Shown one piece after another: positions 41,901 through 54,249 of a DNA stretch of 64,000 nucleotides. The stretch is taken from positions 750 to 64,749 of the forward strand of contig DYIF01000010.1 of assembly GCA_020723765.1 (NCBI GenBank), written 5' to 3'. The notes under the pieces were generated by a model. The model worked only from the letters and a program-made list of their open reading frames with translations, searched no databases and had not been told where the DNA came from. Source of the DNA: Elusimicrobium minutum. Lineage in GTDB: Bacteria > Elusimicrobiota > Elusimicrobia > Elusimicrobiales > UBA9959. How positions within the stretch are numbered: position 1 is the first letter of the stretch; each line of letters opens with the position of its first letter. The position numbers and the translations under genes were made by a program.

Positions 41901-43299
41901 CTCCATAACATCGGCCAATTTAGCCTCTTCAATTACCGACGAAACAGGAACAGGTGCGGCTGTATTTAATACGGCCCCTTCTTTTAATACGAGCATAAGC
42001 GTAAGCGGATGGGGAAACTTTACTCAAGGCATTACCGCCTCAAGCGGAACTTTTACCGCTTCCGGCGTCACACAGTATAGCATAGAAACTTCTTCTGGTA
42101 TTTTTGTAACTACCGGAACGGTAAATCTAAATAACTCCGCAAGAGTTAAAAACTCTTTGGACCCCGTAGATAATCAAGACCTCACTACCAAAAAATATGT
42201 GGATTCTTTGCTCGGAGGAGGAGGAATAGAGCCTACCGCATGGATTATCACCGGTAACTTAGCCGGTTCTAACAGGGTTTTAGGTACGACAAACTCTCAA
42301 TCTTTTAATATCATTTCAAACAACACTCCGAGAATAACCATAGGAGATACGGGATTGATAACATTTTTGTCCGGGGTCGGACATACGATTTTTACAAACG
42401 GAATTACCGCCTCAAGCGGAACCTTTACGACCGCATTGAAAGTAAACTCTTTTACGACGGCCGGTTTTGTAAAAAATAACGCTTCGGGAGTACTAAGCGG
42501 GGGCAACTCGATAGTAGCCACCGATATACCTACAAGCAATCTGGTAAACGGAACCGGAATATCGATGAGCGGGACTTTGACAAATAGAATAGTAGGTTCC
42601 GGGGATAACATCACGGTATCTCTTTCCGGCCAGGCTTTAGCTTTCCATAATTTGGCTACCAATGGTATTGTTACAAGAACCGCCGCAGATACAATAACGG
42701 CAAGAACCATAACAGCTGGCTCAACAAAGATAAGCATAGCAAACGGAGATGGAGTATCTGGAAATCCGACGATAGATGTCAATGAAGCGGCCTTAACACT
42801 TACAAATATTGGGGGAACTTTATCAGTTTCAAAAGGCGGAACAGGTGCTACGACTTTAACCGGTCTTTTAAGAGGAAACGGAACTTCCGCGATAACCGGC
42901 GGCGCTACGGTTAATTTGGGTAGCGAAGTGAGCGGAACTCTTGGGGTTTCTAATGGCGGTACAGGAAGCACTACTTATACATCAAGTCAATTCCTATGGT
43001 ATAACGGTACCAATATAGTTGCAAGCGGATATTCAAATTCAAGTTTCGCCAACGCTTCACATACTCACAACGCAAGCGATATAAATGCTGGAACTCTTCC
43101 CGTAGCACGTGGCGGGACGGGAAGTACGACATATACAAACAATCAACCAGTTATTTATAACGGAACGGCTCTAATATCTTATGCGGGTTTTAACGGGTCC
43201 TTTACCGTAGCAAATTCAACGAGTCCCACGGGGGGATGTACTCAGTTGAATTATCAGTACGGTATTTTGGCGTCTACTCAAGCCGTTGCCTGCCCTTAA
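38929..43299 (+). CDS. Large secreted fibre/adhesin-like repeat protein (~1456 aa, G/S/T/N-rich)
   Basis: GGAGG RBS before 38929; signal peptide; [11 protein letters not shown]-domain; recurrent GIGT.xP...L.V.G repeats; [18 protein letters not shown] motifs; GTL.V..GGTG repeats; HTH motif. Confidence 0.8.
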   Translation: MRFFVLILSVVFFPINLISGDVKVNSVPNLISYQGRVEKDNAPLNGLLHIRFRIYKYETGGSPEWTSDEFLVEARSGIFSVSFQPPLDIFSKGNSLWLEVEIEGEKLSPREPINTVIYSLISKKLEDGAFVHFSSFTVGTNPNAIGPSGQRAIILNGGIYTDRICFTDNSCMSTSGGSSATNEVYSPVDVFIRADSVGDGNGAIIFQTSTTYKGIITNSGNWGIGTQTPSTRLHVNGNSLVSNDLTVGGNFSLTGVFNNGVIRGTNNEQISVGVNDNRIDFLVNGTTGVTINNGNLGIGYTNPTRALDVNGNIRAVDMDISNLIVSNEIRSFGGNNLIIQRTNLLNVGIGTDTPKEKLHVAGTIMADRGITASTASFLSDVNILGNLNVTNFGKEVKLSSTTIFGTLNVKGGFTLNNDNIAALASTQTFSAQNTFTAQITVSSHALISSRLGVGANSFSYSDPSYIQIGEPNVPSSSSTLYISAGANSQGRVNFYRGSSKIGSIGTNGNNIQIFSGGSDISKLYIDSTNFKIYNSTLIISPTQNDSAPALYVDGNSRVGVGTNAPTHPLTVSGNIKITGSGNGIIFNDGTILNSSSSISVGAISNNSDALIQADADSNGTGKIILRVKNNDSLIVDNTGKIGIGTANPSDKFQIIGGDVVIGNTINPYSGDSKEDLVVAGNIVVDGTLKQRTATPVEFTSLYVSQDVYLSTATGYKTGIGTLTPNYTLDVNGDINTSGNLRLGGTNIITSGRLLQNLTGISSSGNINFSSLTSSRLVATDGSNNLTSSITSANLASSITDETGTGLAVFNTAPSFNTSISVSGWGNFTQGITASSGTFTAFGQYSIASSSGINILNGTVNLNNSVRIKNSLDPIDNQDAATKSYVDNKFLIGGSEPNSWLVTGNNAGSNRVLGTTNSQSFNIISNNTPRITIGDTGLITFLSGVGHTIFTNGITASSGTFTGNFYVGGSLNLNSLTASRLVATDGSKNLTSSITSANLASSITDETGTGAAVFNTAPSFNTSISVSGWGNFTQGITASSGTFTASGVTQYSIETSSGIFVTTGTVNLNNSARVKNSLDPVDNQDLTTKKYVDSLLGGGGIEPTAWIITGNLAGSNRVLGTTNSQSFNIISNNTPRITIGDTGLITFLSGVGHTIFTNGITASSGTFTTALKVNSFTTAGFVKNNASGVLSGGNSIVATDIPTSNLVNGTGISMSGTLTNRIVGSGDNITVSLSGQALAFHNLATNGIVTRTAADTITARTITAGSTKISIANGDGVSGNPTIDVNEAALTLTNIGGTLSVSKGGTGATTLTGLLRGNGTSAITGGATVNLGSEVSGTLGVSNGGTGSTTYTSSQFLWYNGTNIVASGYSNSSFANASHTHNASDINAGTLPVARGGTGSTTYTNNQPVIYNGTALISYAGFNGSFTVANSTSPTGGCTQLNYQYGILASTQAVACP
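41284..42413 (+). repeat. Intragenic ~612-618 bp duplication in the fibre-like gene
   Basis: Block A 41284-41448 ~ 41896-42060; block B 41647-41795 ~ 42265-42413; both near-identical, with a diverged segment between them. Confidence 0.92.
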
Positions 43300-44562
43300 T
43301 TATTTCCAGATTTCCTTTATTATTTTTTGAGTGGCGCCCTGAAGGGATTTTAACGTTTGGTTGGATTTCTCGCCTATTTCTTTAAGTTTTTTATCGTCGG
43401 ATAATATTACGCTAATTCTCGCTTTTAAGTCGTATTCGTCGGATACCACAAATCCTCCTCCGTTTTCCAAAAGTTTTTCTGCGGATTCTTTTTGACTTAA
43501 ATAATTGGGTCCAAACAAAACAGGTTTTGAAAAAACCGAAGGCTCCAATAAGTTATGCCCTCCTACTCGGTTTAGCGTTCCGCCCACAAAAGCAAGAGCC
43601 GATATCGAGTAAAAATAAAGCAACACTCCCAATTTATCCGCCAATAGTAACTCTGTATCGTATAAATCTTTAAAAGGGTCTTCGGATATTTTAGATAAAA
43701 CCGCGTATTTTATCTCAAACTTTCGAATTACATCTTCAAACTCTTTTGTTTTCTCTATGTGTCTTGGAACCAAAACATATCTTATTTCTTTTATTTGTTT
43801 TTTTAACAAAATAAGGCTTTTAATTATTTTCTCGGCTTCGTCTGGATGAACGCTTCCGAATGTTATTATTTTTTTGTCTTTAAAATCCAGTTTGTTTATT
43901 TCTTTTTCAAAAGAAAACTCGGGTGTAGTTTCTTTTAAATTGTCGTATTTGGTGTTTCCGCATAATAAAAGTTTTTTTTCTTCGACGAAATTTATAAGCA
44001 AGTCGTAGCTCTTTTTGTCTTGAGCAAAAAATCTTTCTATGTTTTTAAATGTATGTTTTATTAGAGGAGAAATAAAACGATAAAATTTAAAAGTTTTTTC
44101 GCTCATTCTCGCATTTATGTAATAAACTTTGCATTTTTTAGCCGATTCCGATATGAATATGGGCCATATTTCAGTTTCGGATATGAAAACCATACCGGGA
44201 TTTGCTTTGTTTAAAAATTTTTTTACCGTTTTTTGAATATCGAAGGGAATTAAAAAAGAATTTTCGGTTATCTTCTTTGCGCTTTCAATAGCCGTTTCGG
44301 TAAAAGTCGTTATTATTATCGGGTTTCTTGGAAACTTTTTTTTAAGCGTTTCTATCATTTCTTTTGCCGAATTTAACTCTCCCAAAGAAGCGCAATGGAA
44401 AAGAATCGTTTTTTCCTTAAACCGGGGGAGATCGGGGAAAAGTCTTTTTTTAAAAGATTTTTTCGTAAAAGACCTGGTTTTAGAAAAAAAAGAAAAAACA
44501 AAAGCAAACAAGATTCCGATATAAGAAATGGATTTATATATATTAAAAAGTAATTTTCCCAT
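43300..44562 (-). CDS. waaA: 3-deoxy-D-manno-octulosonic acid transferase
   Basis: FHCASLGE, ETEIWP, INARMS, GNTKYD, VPRHIE, FVGGTL..GGHNLLEP. Confidence 0.94.
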   Translation of the reverse strand: MGKLLFNIYKSISYIGILFAFVFSFFSKTRSFTKKSFKKRLFPDLPRFKEKTILFHCASLGELNSAKEMIETLKKKFPRNPIIITTFTETAIESAKKITENSFLIPFDIQKTVKKFLNKANPGMVFISETEIWPIFISESAKKCKVYYINARMSEKTFKFYRFISPLIKHTFKNIERFFAQDKKSYDLLINFVEEKKLLLCGNTKYDNLKETTPEFSFEKEINKLDFKDKKIITFGSVHPDEAEKIIKSLILLKKQIKEIRYVLVPRHIEKTKEFEDVIRKFEIKYAVLSKISEDPFKDLYDTELLLADKLGVLLYFYSISALAFVGGTLNRVGGHNLLEPSVFSKPVLFGPNYLSQKESAEKLLENGGGFVVSDEYDLKARISVILSDDKKLKEIGEKSNQTLKSLQGATQKIIKEIWK

Positions 44563-44569
44563 TTAGAAA

Positions 44570-45184
44570 CTATTTTTTCTTTTTAAGGCTCCAGTATACA
44601 AAAAAAAGAGCGGAATATTTGGGAACTATGACGCCGTTTTCCGATTTTATTCCTATTTTTTCAGACTGCAGTTTAGTTAAATACGAAGAAAAATCCGAGT
44701 CTAAAACTATGAAGTTTTCAAAATTGAAAGGAGAATAAACAAAATACGGAAGAGATAATTCGGAATTTTCCTTTTTCGCTTCCTCGGCTATCATATCGGT
44801 TAAAGCGCCTATTGCGGTTTTGGTATATACTTCAAGAGCCGTTTCTGATATCTTTTTCTCTTCTTCGTTTTGGCCGTTTATATGGTCTTCAATCTCTTTG
44901 GAAAGAGTAAGGCAGGATAAGGTTATGGTATTTATTTTTTTCGATTTATCTGTCGGATCGAACTCTCTGGTTTTTACGGTTTCCAGAAAATCCGATACCG
45001 AAAGGTTTAAATATATGGCGGAAAGTTTCGTTTTCGATATTGCGTTAGATATAAACTCTTTAAAGTTTTTTTCAAAATTGTCTCCTTCTCCAAACAATGA
45101 GACGGCATTTAAGCCGTTTTTTTTGGTTTTCCTTATTATATCGTAGTGGTATATAGGAACTTTGAAATTTTCTATTCTTCTCAT
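44570..45184 (-). CDS. Hypothetical protein, weak resemblance to the methionine synthase B12 activation domain
   Basis: C-terminal EKIGIKSENGVIVPKYSALF and CLTLSKEIE resemble this family; last gene before waaA in the secDF operon. Confidence 0.4.
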   Translation of the reverse strand: MRRIENFKVPIYHYDIIRKTKKNGLNAVSLFGEGDNFEKNFKEFISNAISKTKLSAIYLNLSVSDFLETVKTREFDPTDKSKKINTITLSCLTLSKEIEDHINGQNEEEKKISETALEVYTKTAIGALTDMIAEEAKKENSELSLPYFVYSPFNFENFIVLDSDFSSYLTKLQSEKIGIKSENGVIVPKYSALFFVYWSLKKKK

Positions 45185-45197
45185 AAATCGGTAAAGT

Positions 45198-46070
45198 TTA
45201 TTGTTTTTGCCATTCGTAAGCTATTGTTGTCGCTATGGCAAGTGTCGAATAAACTCCGGTTATGGAACCTACAAGCATGCAAAAAGAAAAATCCGCTATT
45301 CCCGAACCGCCGAAGAAGAATAAAATCACCAAAACCATTATTACGGTCAAGCTGGTTATTATGGTTCTCGATAAAGTTTCGTTTATGCTGGTGTTTATCA
45401 ACTCTCCGAAAGGCATTTTCGGGAATTTTTTTATATTTTCTCTCATTCTGTCGTATATAACTATGGTATCGTTTATCGAATAACCGGCTATGGTTAAAAG
45501 GGCGGCGACTATTACAAGGTCTATTTCTCTGTTCGTTAAAGACATTGCAGCTATCGCCACCATAACGTCGTGCAAAAGGCCTATTACGCCGGTAATTCCC
45601 CATACGGGATTTGTGAATCTAAAAGCGATATATACTATTATCCCGAACATAGAAAGAACTATCGCAAATATAGCTTTTTTCGCAAGTTCCTTTCCTACCA
45701 CGGGGCCCACAAAATCTCTTTTTTCTTCTTCAAACTTAACTCCGGCTTCATCCAATGCCGTTATTATCTTTTGGGCGTATTCGTTTACGTTTTCCTGACT
45801 GCCTTTTACCATTATACCGAAACTATTGTTGTCGTAGCTTCTTATCTGAGCGTCTATGGAATTATCTTTCATTATTTTCCTTATCTGTGATATGTTTTCG
45901 CCGGAGTTTACTTTCACCTGAATAAGAGTTCCGCCGGTAAAATCAAGTCCCAAATTAAGACCTTTTAAATATATTGAAATGAAACCGCTTATTATGACCA
46001 AAGCCGAAAGAGCGAAAAAATAATATCTTTTTCCGATAAAATCGATATTTGTCTTAGGTATAATTTTCAT
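45198..46070 (-). CDS. secF: Protein translocase subunit SecF
   Basis: GLNLGLDFTGGT, VGPVVG, HDV, GYSINDTIVIYDRMRE, ETLSRTIITS. Confidence 0.97.
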   Translation of the reverse strand: MKIIPKTNIDFIGKRYYFFALSALVIISGFISIYLKGLNLGLDFTGGTLIQVKVNSGENISQIRKIMKDNSIDAQIRSYDNNSFGIMVKGSQENVNEYAQKIITALDEAGVKFEEEKRDFVGPVVGKELAKKAIFAIVLSMFGIIVYIAFRFTNPVWGITGVIGLLHDVMVAIAAMSLTNREIDLVIVAALLTIAGYSINDTIVIYDRMRENIKKFPKMPFGELINTSINETLSRTIITSLTVIMVLVILFFFGGSGIADFSFCMLVGSITGVYSTLAIATTIAYEWQKQ

Positions 46071-46079
46071 AAATCCTCC

Positions 46080-47513
46080 TTATACGCTCAGCTTCTTTGG
46101 GTTTGAAGTAAGCCAGAAATCGTAGATGGTTCTGGTAACAAAAACCGATGTGAAAACGCCTATTACAAGACCTATGGTAAGGGTCGTCGCAAACCCTTTT
46201 ACCGGCCCCGAACCGAATTGAAAAAGGAATACGCTTGTAATCCATGTGGTCAGGTTAGAGTCGAATATCGCGCTCCACGCTTTTTCATACGCCGTGGAGA
46301 TGATTATGGGTATTGGTTTTTTTAAATCCAGCTCTTCCCTCATTCTCTCAAGTATTAACACGTTGGCGTCCACGGCCATCGCGAGAGACAGTATCATACC
46401 GGCTATACCGGGTAGCGTTAATGTGGCGTTAAAATACGAAAGCACCGCAAGAAGTATTATAAAGTTTAATCCTAAAGCCACATCCGCAACAAAACCGCCG
46501 CCTCTATAATAAATAATCATAAAAATAACGACCGCGATAAATCCTATCAGACTCGCTTTGACGCCCTTTGAAATTGAGTCCTGACCCAGAGTAGGTCCGA
46601 CCACTCTTTTTTCTATGATTTTTACCGGCGCGGGAAGAGCTCCGCTTCTAAGAACAAGAGCTATGTCTCTGGCCTCTTCCATAGTAAAGTTTCCTTCTAT
46701 TATCCCTTTTCCGCCGGTTATTTTTGTTTTAATTCTCGGAGCGGTATAGACCACGTCGTCTAAAACTATGGCCAAAAATCTTTCCACGTTTCTTGCCGTA
46801 AGTTCTTCGAAAAGTTTTCCGCCCTCTTTGTTAAACGAAAAAGCGATATTAGGCATTCCAAACTGGGCGTCAGTCTCGACTCTCGCGTTTTCAAGATAAG
46901 CTCCGGTAACTTCCACTTTCGATTCTAAAACATAATATTTAACATCCGAAGTTTCTCTGTCGGATTTTCCTTTGAGTATGGTAAGATTGGGTGGGAGTAT
47001 TTTTTTTATTTCCGGAGCTATATTGCCGTCTTTATCTATTGCGGGTTTGTTAAGCTTTGAAATTTCTTCCTGTATTTTTGCCGCCTGAGTGGATTCGTTT
47101 ACGAGCATAAATTTTAGTTGCGCGGTTTTTCCTATCAAAGCCTCGGCCTGTTCGGTTTTTGATATTCCCGGCAGATCAACGCTTATCCATCTATCTCCGA
47201 CCTTGGCTATAGGGGTTTCGGCTATTCCGTAGGCGTCAACTCTGTTTCTTATTATTTCTATCGCTCTTTGCATGGCGTCCGTAATTTTTTCGTTTTTATC
47301 CAATTTGTCTATCTCGAGCTCCAATAAAAGATGCGTTCCGCCTCTTAAGTCGAGCCCCAAATTAAGTATATGTTTGGGCCTTTGTTTCATCGCTTCTAAT
47401 TTTTCTCTTTCTTGCGGAGATTTGGAGTACCACTCGAATGTAAAATAAAGAGAAAACAAAGACAGCAAAATAACCGCCAATATAACAGACATTTTCCAAT
47501 GAAGGGCTTTCAT
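46080..47513 (-). CDS. secD: Protein translocase subunit SecD
   Basis: LGLDLRGG, IRNRVD, LRSGALPAP, TLPGIAG..L...MAVDANVLILERMREE, GPVKGFA. Confidence 0.97.
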   Translation of the reverse strand: MKALHWKMSVILAVILLSLFSLYFTFEWYSKSPQEREKLEAMKQRPKHILNLGLDLRGGTHLLLELEIDKLDKNEKITDAMQRAIEIIRNRVDAYGIAETPIAKVGDRWISVDLPGISKTEQAEALIGKTAQLKFMLVNESTQAAKIQEEISKLNKPAIDKDGNIAPEIKKILPPNLTILKGKSDRETSDVKYYVLESKVEVTGAYLENARVETDAQFGMPNIAFSFNKEGGKLFEELTARNVERFLAIVLDDVVYTAPRIKTKITGGKGIIEGNFTMEEARDIALVLRSGALPAPVKIIEKRVVGPTLGQDSISKGVKASLIGFIAVVIFMIIYYRGGGFVADVALGLNFIILLAVLSYFNATLTLPGIAGMILSLAMAVDANVLILERMREELDLKKPIPIIISTAYEKAWSAIFDSNLTTWITSVFLFQFGSGPVKGFATTLTIGLVIGVFTSVFVTRTIYDFWLTSNPKKLSV

Positions 47514-47526
47514 ATATGACTCCTTT

Positions 47527-47805
47527 TTATTGGTTGATATTAACCGAAGTAACCGCCGTTTTTAACGCCGTCACTTTTACGTTTTTGGATATTTCCAGCT
47601 CTATTTCGTTATCTTTTATGGATGTAATCGTTCCGATTATACCCCCGACGGTTATTACTTTGTCGCCGACTTTCAAAGAATCGAGCATCTTTTGTCGTTC
47701 TTTCATTTGTTTTTGTTGGGGTCTTATGAGAAGAAAATAAAATATGGCTATCATCAATATAAAAGGCAAAATCTGCATTATTGCCGAAGGCTGAGCAGCG
47801 TTCAT
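47527..47805 (-). CDS. yajC: Preprotein translocase subunit YajC
   Basis: FYFLLIRPQQK, LKVGDKVITVGGIIG. Confidence 0.96.
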   Translation of the reverse strand: MNAAQPSAIMQILPFILMIAIFYFLLIRPQQKQMKERQKMLDSLKVGDKVITVGGIIGTITSIKDNEIELEISKNVKVTALKTAVTSVNINQ

Positions 47806-47846
47806 AAAAAAACCTCCTGATATCTAAAAGTTACATTTATATTTTA

Positions 47847-50039
<2,193 letters not shown>

Positions 50040-50053
<14 letters not shown>

Positions 50054-51194
50054 AATAAACGTCCTCTATGTCTTTTATTTTTGAGCCCGGATAATAGAAG
50101 TTTAAAATCTTTTTATAATCCGCTCCTCTGTCAGCCATTTCCCTTGCACCGTCCTGACAAAGCCCGACTCCGTGGCCCCAACCCTTTCCGGTTATCTTAA
50201 ATCCGTTTTTCATTTTTATTATGTTCGTTATTAAAGTGCTTTTCATGTCGAAGTTTCCTACGTGGTTTCTAAAATCCTTCGCCTCAAGCTTTATATTTCC
50301 TTTGTCGGTTTTGAATAAGAGTTTAACCGCCCTACCGGATCTGTCTTTGGAATATATTTTCATATCTTTTATTTTAAGCGCGGAATGTCCGCTTGAGCTT
50401 ATAAAATTAAGTATATCGGAATTTGATACATAAACGGACCATGCGGCATGTTTTGAGTTTTTGTAATAAGGGTCTTTCACCCCTTTAAGCGGAGGAATGA
50501 TATCGCCGTTCCATACTCCGCTTGGAGTAGTTGTTTGTCCGCCGGAATTTGCGTGATAATAAGCGTAGAATATCTTGTCTTTATAAGTTAAAACCTCTCC
50601 TCTCGTCTCGTTTACCGCCGATATGATTTGCGGAGATATGTTTTCAAATCCGGTATAAACCTGATGTTTTGTCGAGTTGGTCATATCGTAATCCGCGTTT
50701 CTGTTTAACGACGCCAATGTGTATGTCCTTGAAGCCACCGCCTGGGCCTTTAAGGCTTCCATCGGCCAGCTCGTTCCCATCTCAGGTCCCAATACGCCCC
50801 ATAAGTATCTTTCTATGTCAACAAATTCTATTATTTGAATTTTGCCTTCGGAGTTTTTTATTTTAAATTTTCCTCTGTATTTTTTCCCGTTTATAATCAT
50901 ATGGCTGTTTGGATTAGAGTTTTCAAGCAAAACGGGGGAGTATAATTTTTGTAAAGATACGTATATGAAATCCGAACCTTCGGCCTTAATGTCGTAATTG
51001 GATTCTTCGACCAAAAGATATTTTTCTCCCGTTTTTTCTTCGGTTAAATAAACCTTTCCATAAGTTTTTAAGCTTATTTTTTCGGAATTGTTTTCTATGA
51101 GTATCCTGACCTCTATGCTTTTCGATATTCCGTCGGCGGAATATAAACTTTGAGACAGGATTAAAAAAAATAAACTCTTAAAAAAGATTTTCAT
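50040..51194 (-). CDS. SpoIID/LytB-domain lytic transglycosylase
   Basis: [52 protein letters not shown]. Confidence 0.92.
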
Positions 51195-52191
51195 TTTTAG
51201 AATAAGGCAATTTCAGATGTTTATAGGCTTTTTCGGTTAATACCCTTCCTCTGGGGGTTCTTTGTAAAAAACCGGATTTTATTAGATAAGGCTCTATTAC
51301 GTCGGTAATAGTATCTATTTCTTCGCTAAGAGCCACAGCGAGGTTTTCCGCCCCGACCGGCCCCCCTTTAAATTTTTCGGCTACGGTCGCAAGAAAAAAT
51401 CTGTCCGTTTTATCAAGCCCCATCTCGTCTATTTCCATAGATTCAAGCGCTTTTAGAGCTATATCTTTAGTAATTATTCCCTTTCCTTTCACATCGGCGA
51501 AATCTCTTACTCTTTTTAAAAGCCTGTTGGCTATTCTTGGAGTGCCTCTCGAGCGTTTGGCTATTTCGGCTATTCCCTCTTTTTCAGTTTTTACTTCCAG
51601 TATTTTTGCCGACCTTTCGATTATTTGAACTATTTCCTCTTCTTCGTAAAAATTTAAATTTACCGCTATTCCGAATCTATCTCTAAGCGGGGTGGTTAAT
51701 AAACCGCTTCTTGTCGTGGCTCCGATTATAGTAATTTTGGGAGTTTGTATTTTTAAAGTCGTAGCTCCCGGTCCTTTCCCGGTATTTATGAAAAAATTGA
51801 AATCCTCCATAACCGGATAAATACTTTCCTCAACCGCCACGTTGAGCCTGTGTATCTCGTCTATAAAAAGAACATCCCCATCGGAAAGTTCGGTGGTAAG
51901 CGTCGCGGCCAAATCGCCCGGTTTTGTTAAAACCGGACCGGAGGTAACCTTTATGTTAACTCCCAACTCGTTTGCTATTATATGAGCTAAAGTGGTCTTT
52001 CCCAATCCCGGAGGAGCGTAGAAAAGACAATGATCCAGCGGTTGTTTTCTCTTTTTTGAAGCTTCTATGAATATCTTCAAGTTTTCTTTTATTTTGCTCT
52101 GACCGATAAACTCTTCAAGAGACTTTGGTCGTAAAGAGTATTCGAATTTTGCTTCTTCAGAATTTTGATTTTTATCGTATATATATTCCAT
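51178..52191 (-). CDS. ruvB: Holliday junction branch migration helicase RuvB
   Basis: [46 protein letters not shown]. Confidence 0.98.
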   Translation of the reverse strand: MEYIYDKNQNSEEAKFEYSLRPKSLEEFIGQSKIKENLKIFIEASKKRKQPLDHCLFYAPPGLGKTTLAHIIANELGVNIKVTSGPVLTKPGDLAATLTTELSDGDVLFIDEIHRLNVAVEESIYPVMEDFNFFINTGKGPGATTLKIQTPKITIIGATTRSGLLTTPLRDRFGIAVNLNFYEEEEIVQIIERSAKILEVKTEKEGIAEIAKRSRGTPRIANRLLKRVRDFADVKGKGIITKDIALKALESMEIDEMGLDKTDRFFLATVAEKFKGGPVGAENLAVALSEEIDTITDVIEPYLIKSGFLQRTPRGRVLTEKAYKHLKLPYSKNENLF

Positions 52192-52193
52192 AG

Positions 52194-52811
52194 TTATTTA
52201 AAAGAAGATATTTTCCTGAGCGACAATTTTATTAAATCCTCTATGGTCAGTTTATTCTCGCCTTTTTCTTCCAGTACGGAGTTTAAAGCTTCTCTGGAAT
52301 CGGAAACTTTATACCCCAAGCTTATAAGAGCGTTAAGCGCGGTTTCGTAACTTGAGCCGAAGAATTGGGATTGGTATCTTTGATTTTCGGAAGTTTCAAA
52401 TCTTTGAATTCTATCTTTTAGCGATAATATTAGTTTATCGGATGTTTTGGTCGTAAAGCCGAATAAATTTTTTAGAGTTTTCGTATCTTTTGTTTGTATG
52501 GCTTTTTTGAAGTCTTCGGGAGATTTCAATATTTTGTTCATATACTCTATCGCTTTTTTCGGTCCGGTGTTGGGTATGGAATTCATTAATAATTCGAATA
52601 TTTCCAGATGTTTTTTTTCTAAAAATCCGTAAAGATTAAATCCTTCATACATACTAAAAGAGGGGTAGATAAAAAACTCGCATACGGCCTGTCGGTTTAA
52701 CCGGGAAATTAAACCCTGGCATGTTTTGATTTTATATCCGATTCCGTTAGTCTCCAAAATTACGTAATCCTCGGATATTTCTATTATCTTTCCTTTTATA
52801 TAAGATATCAT
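52194..52811 (-). CDS. ruvA: Holliday junction branch migration protein RuvA
   Basis: [28 protein letters not shown]; between ruvC and ruvB. Confidence 0.93.
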   Translation of the reverse strand: MISYIKGKIIEISEDYVILETNGIGYKIKTCQGLISRLNRQAVCEFFIYPSFSMYEGFNLYGFLEKKHLEIFELLMNSIPNTGPKKAIEYMNKILKSPEDFKKAIQTKDTKTLKNLFGFTTKTSDKLILSLKDRIQRFETSENQRYQSQFFGSSYETALNALISLGYKVSDSREALNSVLEEKGENKLTIEDLIKLSLRKISSFK

Positions 52812-53302
52812 AAAATATTTTTTTTCCTTAACTCAAAAAGCCTCAAATCGGTAAGAGCTATGGCTATCGCGTCGGCCACATCCGGATAGATTTTTTCCTT
52901 TATCGAAAACATCATTGCAATTACGGACTGTATCTGCTGTTTTTGCGCGTTTCCGTTGCCGGTTACGGTTTTCTTTACCACTCTCGGATTGTATTCCGAA
53001 TAAGGAATGTTGAAATTTTCAAGAGCGAGAAGTATCACTCCTCTGGAATGAGTGGTCAGAGATTGAGTTTTAATTTTATCTATAAAATAAATTTCTTCTA
53101 TGGCGGCCCTGTCCGGCGAAAACTCCTTTATTTTAGAGCCGACCGATTCGTATATTTCCTTTAGCCTTTTTGAGAGAGCCAGCTTCGAGCTGGTTTTTAT
53201 TAGCCCGAATTCTTTTAAAATTATTTTATTTTTTCCGTCTACTTCTATTAAAGCCCATCCGGTATCTTCAAGCCCCGGATCTATTCCCAGGACCTTCGTC
53301 AT
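52808..53302 (-). CDS. ruvC: Crossover junction endodeoxyribonuclease RuvC
   Basis: [35 protein letters not shown]. Confidence 0.95.
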   Translation of the reverse strand: MTKVLGIDPGLEDTGWALIEVDGKNKIILKEFGLIKTSSKLALSKRLKEIYESVGSKIKEFSPDRAAIEEIYFIDKIKTQSLTTHSRGVILLALENFNIPYSEYNPRVVKKTVTGNGNAQKQQIQSVIAMMFSIKEKIYPDVADAIAIALTDLRLFELRKKNIL

Positions 53303-54060
53303 TCTTTTATAAGCTTATCCAACAATTCTTTGGGTATGTCGAAGTTGGAGTAAACGTTTTTTACGTCGTCGTGATTTTCCAATTCGTCCATCATTTTAAT
53401 TATAGAGCCGGCTTTTTCTTCGTCGGTTATTTTAACTTCGTTTTTAGGCAACATCGTTACTTCCGCCGATGTGGTTTCTATCTTTTTTTCGCCGAGCTTT
53501 GTTTTTACAGATTCGAAAGATTCGGGAGAAGTAAGTATTTCATATACGTCGTTGTCTTGTTCGTTTTTTATATCCTCAGCCCCGGCTTCTATCGCCACAT
53601 TGAAAAGTTCTTCTTCGGATATATTTTCTTTTTTAACGGTTATATATCCTTTTCTTTCAAAAACCCAGCTTACGCAACCGTTTGTGCCCATATTTCCGCC
53701 GTGCCTTTCGAGTATTACCCTTAATTCGTTGAAAGTTCTGTTTTTATTGTCGGTTGTAGCCTCTATCATAACCGCAGTCCCCTGAGGTCCGTAACCTTCG
53801 TATATTACCTCTTCGTAAACCGCACCCGGAATCTGACCGGTTCCTCTCATTATCGCTCTTTTTACGTTATCAAGCGGCATATTGACTTCTTTGGCGTCGT
53901 CTATGGCTTTTCTTAGCCTCGGATTTTTATCCGGATCTCCTCCGCCCATTTTTGCTGCTATAGTTATTTCTTTTATAAGTTTTGTATATATTTTTCCTTT
54001 TTTAGCGTCGTTTGCGGCTTTTTTGTGTTTTATTCCGGCCCAGTGAGAATGTCCGCCCAT
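53299..54060 (-). CDS. yebC: YebC/PmpR family protein
   Basis: [42 protein letters not shown]. Confidence 0.96.
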   Translation of the reverse strand: MGGHSHWAGIKHKKAANDAKKGKIYTKLIKEITIAAKMGGGDPDKNPRLRKAIDDAKEVNMPLDNVKRAIMRGTGQIPGAVYEEVIYEGYGPQGTAVMIEATTDNKNRTFNELRVILERHGGNMGTNGCVSWVFERKGYITVKKENISEEELFNVAIEAGAEDIKNEQDNDVYEILTSPESFESVKTKLGEKKIETTSAEVTMLPKNEVKITDEEKAGSIIKMMDELENHDDVKNVYSNFDIPKELLDKLIKE

Positions 54061-54176
54061 ATATTCCTCCTATTCATAATTCAAAAACAAATATATAATA
54101 AATACATATGTAAAGAACGATCGTTTTAGTTCTTACTTAATTATTTTATAAAATATAATCCTGATTTACAAACATG

Positions 54177-54249
54177 GCCCCCTTAGCTCAAAGGATAGAG
54201 CAGCTGCCTTCGAAGCAGTTGGTTAGAGGTTCGAGTCCTCTAGGGGGCG
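54177..54249 (+). tRNA. tRNA-Arg(TCG)
   Basis: Acceptor GCCCCCT/AGGGGGC, D-arm GCTC/GAGC, anticodon stem GCTGC/GCAGT with loop CT-TCG-AA, T-arm AGAGG-TTCGAGT-CCTCT; CCA not encoded. Confidence 0.95.

Noticed and set aside
42297-42971. 224-aa antisense ORF and other minus-strand ORFs within the fibre gene
   Set aside because: Shadow ORFs from the G/T/S/N-rich sense codons; no independent evidence.
53170-53785. Plus-strand ORFs of 184 aa and 104 aa opposite ruvC/yebC (and similar short antisense ORFs throughout)
   Set aside because: Fully antisense to well-conserved housekeeping genes, with no motifs or RBS.
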